This document shows, one piece after another, positions 22,568 through 31,339 of a stretch of DNA of 64,000 bases. Made by a program: the position numbers and the translations under genes. Each line of letters begins with the position of its first letter. Within the stretch, counting starts at the first letter, position 1. Source of the DNA: Nitrospirota bacterium (GTDB lineage: Bacteria; Nitrospirota; UBA9217); contig CAVVUN010000001.1 in assembly GCA_963751455.1 (NCBI GenBank), positions 1 to 64,000 of the forward strand, read 5' to 3'. Under the pieces are notes generated by a model that worked only from the letters and a program-made list of their open reading frames with translations, ran no database searches and was not told the origin of the DNA.

Positions 22568-23638
22568 CTACTGATCCCCTTTTTTGAGATGTTTCATTGT
22601 AGTCTTGATGAATTGTCCGAATTTTTTATCCTTTCTGCGCTTTTCAATGTAGGATAGCTCATTATATTCAGATTCTTTCATCAGCTTCAAATAGCTCTGA
22701 TATCGATCCGCTTGCAATGTGCCATTTTCAATTGCGTTTAGCAGTGCACAACCGACTTCCTGAGTATGAGTGCAATTGGAAAAACGGCAGGTTTTTGAAA
22801 GGCTCCAAATATCAGCAAAGCTTTCCTCAAGCCCGGAGTTGACGCCGATATTCCCCAGTTCTCTCATTCCAGGGGTGTCGATCAGCATTGCCCCTTGATC
22901 AAGGACGATCAGTTGGCGCTGCGCCGTCGTGTGCTTGCCCTTCCCGTCGCTTGCACGGACTGTGTTTGTCTCAAATAAATCGCGGCCTATGATATGGTTC
23001 AGGAGCGTCGTTTTGCCTACTCCGGAAGACCCAACCAGGCAGTAAGTTTTGCCCGGCTCCAATAATTGTCTCACTTGATCCACTCCGAACCCGGTTACGT
23101 TGCTGAGCGGAAGGACTTTGCATCTGATGTTGGCTTGACGCACCTCTGATATTCGTTCCTCCAGCTTCTCCGGGCTGACCAGATCGCTTTTTGTCAAGAG
23201 GAGTATTGGTTCAATATGCCCTTCGTTTACCATCACGAGATAGCGCTCGAGCCTGCGCAGATTGAAATCGAAATCACAAGCTTGCACGATCAAGGCGGAA
23301 TTTATGTTGACCGCGATCATCTGGTAGTCGATTTTTTTACCAGGAGTTTTTCTTCGTAAAAAAGATTTCCGCGGGAGAAGGCCGTGAATAATGGCAAATG
23401 CATCAGCGTTGTGGTACTGGACAAGTGCCCAATCACCAACTGAAGGAAGGTCTATGCTTGATTCAACTGAGTAAACGAAACTACCTGCCAGTTCAGCGAG
23501 CACCTCGCTGTTTTCATTTCTTACGAGGTAGCTGTCCCTGTGGACAGCGGACACGCGAGCCACATTACAGTCGGGTCTCCGCGCGTCGCTCTTTTTTTCT
23601 TGAAACCACTGATCAAATCCAAGAGTTCTAAGTTCCAT
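22568..23638 (-). CDS. rsgA: Ribosome small subunit-dependent GTPase A family protein, within the cassette array
   Basis: TKSD, GSSGVGKTT, GKHTT, DTPGMRE, CRFSNCTHTQEVGC zinc motif. Confidence 0.93.
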   Translation of the reverse strand: MELRTLGFDQWFQEKKSDARRPDCNVARVSAVHRDSYLVRNENSEVLAELAGSFVYSVESSIDLPSVGDWALVQYHNADAFAIIHGLLPRKSFLRRKTPGKKIDYQMIAVNINSALIVQACDFDFNLRRLERYLVMVNEGHIEPILLLTKSDLVSPEKLEERISEVRQANIRCKVLPLSNVTGFGVDQVRQLLEPGKTYCLVGSSGVGKTTLLNHIIGRDLFETNTVRASDGKGKHTTAQRQLIVLDQGAMLIDTPGMRELGNIGVNSGLEESFADIWSLSKTCRFSNCTHTQEVGCALLNAIENGTLQADRYQSYLKLMKESEYNELSYIEKRRKDKKFGQFIKTTMKHLKKGDQ

Positions 23639-23702
23639 AATAAGTTAAGCGGTCATATCCGCTTGGACAGTTGGTTGGCGTAGAACGGTATTTTGTCCGG
23701 AG

Positions 23703-23843
23703 CCAATCCCGGGGCTGAGCCGCCACCCGAAGGGGGTGTCGGTCTCTAGCCCCTGGTTCTCCCGGCGCGACTTTCGATTGCGCCGGGGTTAGGGACTCCG
23801 GCTCAGCCCCGGGATTCTTACGGCGCGAAGCGCCGGGAGAAAC
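23703..23843 (-). other. ORF-less gene cassette with its own attC and an internal anti-attC, copy A
   Basis: Near-identical to 31155-31294; attC arms GGGGCT.GAG/CTCAGCCCC. Confidence 0.75.
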
Positions 23844-23878
23844 GTGCGCGTGAGGGGCGCGGTTCTCAGCGACCCTCT

Positions 23879-26007
23879 TCCGGGTAGGAGCAGCGGTTGC
23901 CCGCCGCTCCCCCCACAGACCCGGACGTGCCCAATTAAGGCATCCGGTTCGTCAGTCGCTACGGGCCTTAGCCCGTGTCGAACCAAACAGGCGTCCCCGT
24001 TTGGCGCATAACTTTTGCTGTCCTTGGCTCGGTCAGATGTTGTGGATGATCCTGGGTTTCGGAAGCGGATACACTTTCCGAAAGACTTTGTCAAACTTCT
24101 CGACGTTCACATAGCCTATTGCTGCGCCTGCTAAGCCACTATCGCCAGGCACGCTCCGTATGCTCGAAAACGACTTCGAGCATTTTGTAGTTGCCCCGGA
24201 TGCCGTAGTACTGGTAGTAGCCGCGCAGCTTGGAGCGGAGCGTATCGTGTTGCTCCTTTACGGGGTCGTGCAGGTTTTCCCGGCACCACTCCCATATGGC
24301 TTTCATGAATCTTCGGAGTCGTTTGCCGATCGTTTTCCGCTTAATGATCCAGTATCCATTAAGTGATTTGGCCCAGAAATGGGTGAATCCGAGAAAGTCG
24401 AATGTCCCATTTTCCTTTTCCGTCTTCTCTTTCGGGGATGGCTGGATAAACCGAACCAGCTTCGTCTTTTCGGGATGAATGGTCAGGTTGTAACGGCTGA
24501 ACCGTTTCGGCAGGACTTCCAGCACCCGGCGGGCGTCGGCTTCTTGCTCGAAACCGATGATAAAATCATCGGCAAACCGAATCAGGAAGCTCTTTCCCTT
24601 GAGGCGTGGCTGTACGTCCTGTACGAACCATTCATCCAGCACGTAGTGCAGGAATATATTGGCAAGCATCGGCGATGCTACTCCGCCTTGCGGCGTGCCT
24701 TTGTCGGGGTAGATCATGTTCCCGCCGTCGAGCACTCCGGCATTGAGCCATTTGCCGATGAGCCTTAATATTCCTCCATCTTTCACTTTCTTCTCGATGA
24801 AGCTTCTGAGAAGACCGTGATTGATGGTATCGAAAAATCCGCTTACATCCGCATCCACTATCCAGTTGATGTTCAGCTTGATGCACTGCTCTCGTAGTTC
24901 CCGTATCGCCTGATGCTGACTGTGACCTTTTCTGAAGCCGTGGGAGAACGGATGGAATATCGGCTCGAAGATGTCCCCAGGATCATGACCACCGCTCGTT
25001 GGACGATCTTGTCCTCGTAGCAGGGTTTGCCGATGGGTCTCTGCTTTCCGCCTTCCTTCTCGATCCATACCCGTTCGACGGGTGGAGCCACGTAACGGTT
25101 TGATTTCAGCCGTTCGTGCAGGTCGTGGAGGTTTTCGTACAAGGCTTCGGCGTAGTGCTTTGCCGTTACCTTGTCTACTCCCGGAGCGCTGTCTTTGCTC
25201 GTCCGTTGGTAGGCTTCCAATAGAAGGTCATCGTCAATCAGATGATACAGGTTGTTGAACACCATCTCCGGATAGTTCCGTGCCTGTTCCGCAATCTTCT
25301 GGAGTTTCGGTGATATGATTGGCGATCCCGGAGTATCTCTCATAGTTCCTTCCAGAAGACGTTATGCCCGGCCTCTCCTTCCCTTGAGCGGGTCCCTTGG
25401 ACCTCGGTTCCCCGCCTTCCCGGTCCCGGATATTTTCGGGGCCATCGGTACTATGATCGGCTAAGATTGCCTGACGCCCGTCTCGCAGCACTTCGCTTGT
25501 CGCTGGCGCTGCGATACCATGCTTGCTCTCTGGTTTCGCTCGTCGGCAATAGAGAGCGCATTGCCGACGCCGTGGACTTTGTTCCGCCGGTGTCCTTCCG
25601 GCTATTCAGCATGGAAACATCCGGCTCTCTCAAGTTCCCGAGTTATCCCCTTGTGTGCGTGCCCCGATCTAAGACCCCGGTGGTGTCCTTTCGGCTCGCC
25701 ATAGCGCCTTCAAGGACTGTTGCCTTCCGCTGCGTCGAGTACGTCGGCTTTGGCTCCGATGTTTTGGAGGTTATCCTACTGACCACAACTATACATATTT
25801 CGGGATTCAATAACACGGCCTGCATACTTGCTCCGCCCGGCTTCATACCTTCCCTTACGGGAACGCACGCGGGCTTCGCTACCGACCTGCCGGCTAAGCT
25901 TTAGTCGGATGGGACTTGAGTCGCTTCGACTCGCACCCACTGGATAACAATGACAGATTTCGTAGGATCGCTCCTATTCCCGCTGCCTCGGGTTTATCTT
26001 GGCGCTA
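23879..26007 (-). mobile_element. Group II intron inserted in an attC site
   Basis: Domain V GAACCGGATGCCTTAATTGGGCACGTCCGGGTC and domain VI ending CCTACCCGGA; 5' end TAGCG; removal rebuilds a complete attC. Confidence 0.88.
24033..25343 (-). CDS. Group II intron reverse transcriptase/maturase without endonuclease domain; frameshifts (~24975, ~24115) and in-frame TAG at 24139
   Basis: APGVD, RPIGKP..EDKIVQRA, GTPQGG.ASP, RFADD, FDFLGFTH, C-terminal PLPKPRIIHNI. Confidence 0.9.
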
Positions 26008-26330
26008 CGACGCGAATGTTGGGATCTCTTTCTGGTCTTTCGGTTACTTGCAAGATCAAGCAAGGCATTAGGATGTTTCTCCGCGACTTGCAGTAATACA
26101 CGTGCAGGCCCTTCGGGCTTACGGCGTCCTTGTTCCCAGTTACGTAGCGTTGCGGTGCTGATTCCCATAAGGATAGCAAACTTGTCCTGTGAAAGACCGT
26201 ATTGCTCGCGTATCTTCCGCACTTCGGATTCGGGAAAGGTAAAAGTGCGGGAAGGTTTGAGGGTGCCCTTCATGATCGCACCGCCTTGCTTCACACTTTC
26301 GACTAATTCATCAAAAAGTTCTTTTTTCAT
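25974..26330 (-). CDS. higA: HigA-type HTH antitoxin (NadS-like)
   Basis: LSQDKFAILMGISTATLRNWEQGRRKPEGPARVLL; overlaps the toxin stop. Confidence 0.88.
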   Translation of the reverse strand: MKKELFDELVESVKQGGAIMKGTLKPSRTFTFPESEVRKIREQYGLSQDKFAILMGISTATLRNWEQGRRKPEGPARVLLQVAEKHPNALLDLASNRKTRKRSQHSRRSAKINPRQRE

Positions 26331-26639
26331 CGTAATTCTCCTTCAACAATCTTCTTTAATTGCTTTAATTGATCCGGTGTTAAGTCAGCCTGTTCATTCT
26401 TTGGAAATGCGAACAACATCATGATAACTTCATTGGATACGAACCAATAATAGATTACCCTGGCCCCGCCCCGTTTCCCGCGCCCACTGGCTGACCATCG
26501 CAGTTTACGAAGACCGCCGCTTCCGGGAATAATTTTTCCAGAATCTGGTCTCTGCACCAATTGGGATGAACCGATACTCCTCATCGGAAAGAATATCTTG
26601 TATGCGACGGGTGAATATGGGAGTCTCTATTATGACCAT
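26327..26639 (-). CDS. higB: HigB/RelE-family toxin (frameshift ~26570)
   Basis: MVIIETPIFTRRIQDILSDEEYR then IPGSGGLRKLRW..GKRGGARVIYY..PKNEQADLT. Confidence 0.85.
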
Positions 26640-26646
26640 GCCTGAT

Positions 26647-26665
26647 TATACGTCAATGGCGTATA
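26647..26665. promoter_or_regulatory. Palindromic TA operator overlapping a -10 box
   Basis: TATACGTCAATGGCGTATA inverted repeat; TATAAT on the minus strand just upstream of higB. Confidence 0.65.
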
Positions 26666-26696
26666 GAAGGCAAGAGGATTGTTGGAGAATTTACGA

Positions 26697-26754
26697 CTCG
26701 AAACAGAGCGAGGGCGCGGCTCTTTACTGCCGCGCCCCTCATGACAGATTATTT
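26697..26754 (-). other. Degenerate attC-like hairpin
   Basis: Minus strand AAATAAT..GAGGGGCGCGGC-AGTAAAGA-GCCGCGCCCTC..GTTTCGA. Confidence 0.45.
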
Positions 26755-26950
26755 ATTGTGCAACTCTTTCTGCTTTTTGACCGTTGCAGGCCTTTACGTC
26801 AAGGTTTTCATAAACACGGAAGAATAAAAAGTTGTCTTTACAGGTTGCCGTTCCTTTTACTGTCACTGTCACGGGTTCTTTTTGCGGCGCAACGCGTGCA
26901 AAAACGTCCCTCTATCGCCCCCTTCCGGGGCAGGTCTTCAATAAAACAGG

Positions 26951-28162
26951 TCACACAATCGTCATCCCGTCCGATCCGGTAGTCAGGTTCTCTCCTCCTT
27001 CATCGGTGACAAGAAAGGTGTTTTCCACACCCACCAACCCGATGCCTTCCAATCCCTTCTTAGGCTCCACTGCAATAACCATGTTGGCCTCAAGGGGGGT
27101 ATGTACCTTGCCTGCAATGGCCGGGAATTCGTCAATAGCTAATCCGATACCGTGGCCAAGGAAGGGCACCTGGTTGCCGCCGAAACCCATGAAGTGCTTT
27201 CCAAAACCACGGGGATAAACGAATTCGTTGTAGACCTCCTCGTATATCTGAGACGGGATGGCGCCAGGCTTGAGGCGGCGCCGGACGGCCTCCTGTATGT
27301 CCAGGCATACCTTGTGAGCATCGAGCGCTCGAGCGGGCGGAGCGCCAAGGGAGAAGACCCTCGTTTTATCGGTGAAATATCCCTCATACCCGAACCCGGT
27401 ATCCACGAATATCGGTTCGCCCCTTCCAAGTTTCTTCTTTCCCCCAACCAGGGGGAAGGCTGGAGAAAGCCCTACCAGGCCTCCCGGCCCTACCGAAGCG
27501 GTGGGATAGTTTCCTGATTCGCCAAAACTGACGATCCCCATAAACAACTCCCCGCCAAACGCTGCAAGCCGTGTAATCCCGGTGTATCCCAGCGCCATCA
27601 TCCCCTTGTGAATATCAGCCCCGAGCTCCCATTCCGTCATCCCTTCGCGAATCATGGAAGGGATGGCGTCATAGACCATCTCGTGCCGTGCCCCGGCTCT
27701 TCGGATGAGCCCCACTTCGTAGTCGGACTTCTTCGCCCGAATCATGCCCAATAGGGCGCTGATATCCGTGAACGTCCCTCCTGGAAACGCCTTGGCCAAC
27801 GTTTTAAAAACGGAAACGGACAGGGTTGTTTCAGCCACCCCCAGGATGTTGGTTTGCAGGCCCAGATCTGCAAGGGTTGCCTGAAGCTGGCTGAATCCTG
27901 TTAAGGGGAAAACTCTTTTCAATGGTGTTTCCCGCTGTGCCCGCTCGTAACTTCGCCGGACCAGGAAGACCGGTTCTCCCTCCGTTGGGACAAAGAAAAC
28001 CCCCTGTTGCATCGTCCCCGTGTAGTAATACATGTTCAATGGATCGAGAATCAGTGCACCATCCATCGGCCCTTCTTGTAACCGGTACTGAAGCCTTGAA
28101 ACACGTTGGGCAATCTCCCGGGCAGGAACAAGATTGTATTGAAATCGGTCATCTGAACTCAT
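26951..28162 (-). CDS. Xaa-Pro peptidase (M24) family protein
   Basis: DTGFGYEGYFTDKTR, GHGIGLAIDEFP, VIAVEPK, GVENTF. Confidence 0.9.
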   Translation of the reverse strand: MSSDDRFQYNLVPAREIAQRVSRLQYRLQEGPMDGALILDPLNMYYYTGTMQQGVFFVPTEGEPVFLVRRSYERAQRETPLKRVFPLTGFSQLQATLADLGLQTNILGVAETTLSVSVFKTLAKAFPGGTFTDISALLGMIRAKKSDYEVGLIRRAGARHEMVYDAIPSMIREGMTEWELGADIHKGMMALGYTGITRLAAFGGELFMGIVSFGESGNYPTASVGPGGLVGLSPAFPLVGGKKKLGRGEPIFVDTGFGYEGYFTDKTRVFSLGAPPARALDAHKVCLDIQEAVRRRLKPGAIPSQIYEEVYNEFVYPRGFGKHFMGFGGNQVPFLGHGIGLAIDEFPAIAGKVHTPLEANMVIAVEPKKGLEGIGLVGVENTFLVTDEGGENLTTGSDGMTIV

Positions 28163-28335
28163 GGTGAACACTCCTGAGGGGATAATTGTGATACCGGGAA
28201 GCGCCTGCCCGGTTCTTCGCTGCAAGGTTTCGAGTGCCCGTTGCAACAAGAGTAATATTTCCAATGATCATCGACGGTAACGCATTGACTCCCAAAAAAA
28301 TAACTCGTTGAGTTTCGATTTAGCTCGATGCTGTT

Positions 28336-28469
28336 CCAATGGGGCGGATGAGCCGCAGCCCCTCAGGGGCGACGGTTTCGATCCGCTTTGATATGCCGCG
28401 CTTGTTTCGCGGCATATCAGGATCACGGCGCATCCGCCCCAATATGACGCCGCGAAGCGGCGGCATATC
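28336..28469 (-). other. ORF-less cassette with anti-attC architecture, divergent copy C
   Basis: Same order of hairpins as copies A and B with a different sequence. Confidence 0.7.
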
Positions 28470-28515
28470 GACCAAAATGAGCCGCGATTCGTCGGCTCGA
28501 TTTTGATGGTTGGAA
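28463..28515 (-). other. attC site with non-canonical R' (GATATGC)
   Basis: TTCCAAC-CATC-AAAATCGAGCCG..CGGCTCATTTT-GGTC-GATATGC with the extrahelical C. Confidence 0.75.
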
Positions 28516-28542
28516 CATTTTATACTTTGCGGTTTTATGACA

Positions 28543-29049
28543 CTATGAAAGTAAATTATGTTCAATCAAATAACCACGACCATCATGGTCTAACTCCCAG
28601 ACACGGATACTACCGATATCTGCGGATACGATCATGCAGTTATCTTCTAATTCCTCCAGATGATATTGTGCTTGCTGTTCAGACAGACCACAGGCAGACA
28701 TAATTGATTCTAATGGGTACATTTGAGTGCCTTTAAGCGTGGCGAGAGTTTGAAGAATTTTAATTTGTGGATCAGGGAGGATAGATAATTGAGACGTTTT
28801 TTGGTTGGATTGTATTTTCTGTTTCAGTTCTGCATTCTCTTTTGTAAGTTGAGCAATCGTCGTTTGAGAATCTTTAAGTTGGTCCTTGAGGGTCGTTATC
28901 TCAGATTCAAGCTTCGTAATGCTCTTATCCGCAAGCGCAAGTTGATCGCGGAACAGCGCAATATGCTTCTCTTGTACAACAGCAGAGCCATGCTCGATAA
29001 CTAAACGCTCTAATTCTGCTGAAATTAGTTTTATTGGATTGAGTTCCAT
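28543..29049 (-). CDS. Cassette hypothetical protein (coiled coil plus possible winged helix)
   Basis: 168 aa, AAGGAG RBS, lies between two attC sites. Confidence 0.7.
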   Translation of the reverse strand: MELNPIKLISAELERLVIEHGSAVVQEKHIALFRDQLALADKSITKLESEITTLKDQLKDSQTTIAQLTKENAELKQKIQSNQKTSQLSILPDPQIKILQTLATLKGTQMYPLESIMSACGLSEQQAQYHLEELEDNCMIVSADIGSIRVWELDHDGRGYLIEHNLLS

Positions 29050-29128
29050 TGATTCTCCTTTGTTTTTGCCTTTACGGGCATTGAGCCTCTTTGTAGGCTC
29101 GAACTGCTGGTGGCATCGAATTTATCAT

Positions 29129-29189
29129 AGCCAACCGCGCGGGTGAGACGCGCGTCTCCTGCGCGGCGGACTCGACCCGCAAGTTATTT
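29129..29189 (-). other. attC site
   Basis: AAATAAC-TT-GCGGGTCGAG...CTCACCCGC-GCG-GTTGGCT. Confidence 0.88.
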
Positions 29190-29198
29190 CATCTTTGT

Positions 29199-30023
29199 TT
29201 ATCCCGCAATCAGCACAGAATAGAATTTGTCCTTTGCGGCCCTTGAAAGCCCGACGCCCTCTTTTGAAAGATAAATGTCATACATGGTGAATTTGGAAAG
29301 CAAATCGTTAAACTGGGTCGTTTCGTTATTGGCTTTATATTCCTTTAATTCCTTTAATATAGAATCAATATTTTCCTCAATGTAATTTCGTGCTTGAATA
29401 AGCTCTTGTGTTAATGTCTTTGTAGAGAAGTGTTTTAGGAATAAATCAAAAAGGTCAGTGCGCAGCTTTAGTATCTTCTCATGATGGTCCTTTTTAATGG
29501 CTGCAAATTGATTGCCTCCAGCATGCGCTTTAATATTGCCAGAATTGTCAATCTCAATACTGCCCCACATCATAATATGGCTCGCTGTATATGGCGCTAG
29601 AGAGGGATGTTCGTATTCGTTTCTGATTTCATTATCAAATTCTGAGAAAAGATTCTCTGTTCTTTTTTTCCACAGCTTAAAGTCTACTGAAAATGCCTTT
29701 GGGACACCTGAAGCCTCCCGGTAGAGACGATTAATTAGCTCTAAAATTCGTTCGTATATTTTTTGGAGCTTATCCCATGTCAAAATATAGTAATAAATAT
29801 CCAATCCTGCATTCCGGATATCGCTAGCTGACGACTCTTCAACGTTTTTCGATGCTGAAACTCTTAAATCGGATTTAATGCGGTTATACTGCAGAAAGAC
29901 CCCATAGACATGGCTTTCGAATACACTCAGGTAATGCCATAGCTCAATATTGAGCAATTGATCTTTTGTTACTTCAATCAAGTGGAGCCTGGTGGAGAAG
30001 AAGTCAAATCTTTTTTCTGTCAC
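29199..30023 (-). CDS. Cassette hypothetical protein
   Basis: 274-aa AT-rich ORF; cassette begins GTTATTT and ends with the complementary AAATAAC. Confidence 0.75.
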   Translation of the reverse strand: MTEKRFDFFSTRLHLIEVTKDQLLNIELWHYLSVFESHVYGVFLQYNRIKSDLRVSASKNVEESSASDIRNAGLDIYYYILTWDKLQKIYERILELINRLYREASGVPKAFSVDFKLWKKRTENLFSEFDNEIRNEYEHPSLAPYTASHIMMWGSIEIDNSGNIKAHAGGNQFAAIKKDHHEKILKLRTDLFDLFLKHFSTKTLTQELIQARNYIEENIDSILKELKEYKANNETTQFNDLLSKFTMYDIYLSKEGVGLSRAAKDKFYSVLIAG

Positions 30024-30036
30024 AGTGATTTATCCT

Positions 30037-30096
30037 AAATAACACGCGCGTAACGCGCCGCACTTTGGCGCGTCGCTGTTGACGCGCTGGTTGGAT
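30037..30096 (-). other. attC site
   Basis: ATCCAAC-CAG-CGCGTCAAC...GTTACGCG-CGT-GTTATTT. Confidence 0.9.
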
Positions 30097-30153
30097 CATC
30101 TTGTTGGTGCCATACCTGCGCCTAAGCTCCGAGAAATGATTCTTTCGAGAATT

Positions 30154-30450
30154 CTAAGGTTCTCTTATTGCAGCTCGAATTGTTTCTACAGATGGCACAT
30201 TGGTGAGCCTGCCAGACTCATCGCTGAACATTCTTCAGGAAAACCCCACCTTACCCTGTGGCTGAAGTTCCTTCCCGTTAATGAATACTGAGGGCGATCC
30301 TGTCAGCTCCAGAGACGTAGCCTTGTCGTCATCAATCCGATGAAAATTTACATCCGCTTGGGCCTTTTCAATTACCAATGCACGAGTAATGTTTTTTCGC
30401 AAATCTGCTTCCGAACCGCAGCCGGGCGACAAATAACAGTCAATTTTCAT
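30154..30450 (-). CDS. Thioredoxin-fold selenoprotein (DUF2703/alkylmercury lyase-like), Sec at UGA 30235-30237, 98 aa
   Basis: YLSPGC, GSPSVFING, then GFS-U-RMF..G.LTNVPSVETIRAAI in frame; SECIS-like hairpin 30204-30220. Confidence 0.8.
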
Positions 30451-30515
30451 GACTTACTCTCCTATAATGGGCCGGTTGATTGGCTTCTGTGAAAAGCGTC
30501 AGGTAGTTCGCCTTG

Positions 30516-31136
30516 TTAGGCGCGGTTATTTTCATGGAATTTTGGTATCTCATACGCTTCGAGCTGCCACCTGTCATCGTAACGCATATGATCCGGAATC
30601 TTCGGGATAGCAGTATCAGCAATCTTTGATACTTGCACGAGGCATCTATGTAGATGGGCGCGCAGCATCTCCAACGCTGCAAAGTATTTCTCTCGCGCTG
30701 GCCGTGGCCGCCTGAAATCTTTTTGAACATCAACCAATGCGGGCTCTGAAGGTGCAAATTCATTTAGTCTTTGTTCAAAAGTGAGGAATTGGCGGATGGC
30801 CTCTACCTGCAACTCGATCAGTATATATAAGGGGCTATCTGAGACGCCGGAAAGCTCGACCTGCTTGTCAACGAGGATGCGACGTATCTCTTGGAGCGAG
30901 GAAAGAGCCTGATCGATGCAATTGTCGCAGCATTCAAAAGAGTTCAGTACGCGTCTGTCTGACATTCGGATTACGATTTCTCTGGCGACCCGTTTCTCAA
31001 GATCGTCTGGATTCAATGAAAAAGACAAGAACGGCAGATTGACAGAAACCGAACCCACCCGTGAATTTAATTTACGACGGGCGTTCTTAAGCTGCTCTCT
31101 AAAGTCGAACTTAAATGGCGGTTTCAGATCTCGCAT
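30516..31136 (-). CDS. Cassette hypothetical protein (DUF6650-like)
   Basis: 206 aa, DRRVL..C..SLQEIR pattern; stop codon lies inside the GCCTAAC R'' box. Confidence 0.65.
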   Translation of the reverse strand: MRDLKPPFKFDFREQLKNARRKLNSRVGSVSVNLPFLSFSLNPDDLEKRVAREIVIRMSDRRVLNSFECCDNCIDQALSSLQEIRRILVDKQVELSGVSDSPLYILIELQVEAIRQFLTFEQRLNEFAPSEPALVDVQKDFRRPRPAREKYFAALEMLRAHLHRCLVQVSKIADTAIPKIPDHMRYDDRWQLEAYEIPKFHENNRA

Positions 31137-31154
31137 CCTTAGCTCTATTCAAGA

Positions 31155-31294
31155 CCAATCCCGGGGCTGAGCCGCCACCCGAAGGGGGTGTCGGTCTCGA
31201 GCCCCTGGTTCTCCCGGCGCGACTTTCGATTGCGCCGGGGTTAGGGGCTCCGGCTCAGCCCCGGGATTCTTACGGCGCGAAGCGCCGGGAGAAC
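31155..31294 (-). other. ORF-less cassette with its own attC (31153-31214) and an internal anti-attC, copy B
   Basis: GTTCTCCCGGCGC/GCGCCGGGAGAAC ends; AATCCCGGGGCTGAGCCG complementary to CGGCTCAGCCCCGGGATT. Confidence 0.8.
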
Positions 31295-31339
31295 GCGAAG
31301 ATGAGCCCCGTTACGTGGGGCTCGATCTTCTGGTTGGAT
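31288..31339 (-). other. attC site of the first gene cassette
   Basis: ATCCAAC-CA-GAAGATCGAGCCCC..GGGGCTCATCTTC-GC-GTTCTCC. Confidence 0.9.

Noticed and set aside
24139-24141. In-frame TAG in the RT as pyrrolysine or read-through
   Set aside because: The context AWR*WLSRRS fits a mutated or miscalled Tyr/Lys codon beside other indels; no pyl context.
18917-25343. Diversity-generating retroelement (RT near DUF1566 genes)
   Set aside because: The RT sits inside a group II intron with domains V and VI and a maturase; no TR/VR pair or avd gene was seen.
23703-31339. CRISPR array among the repeated hairpins
   Set aside because: No regularly spaced identical repeats with unique spacers and no cas genes; the hairpins fit attC structure.
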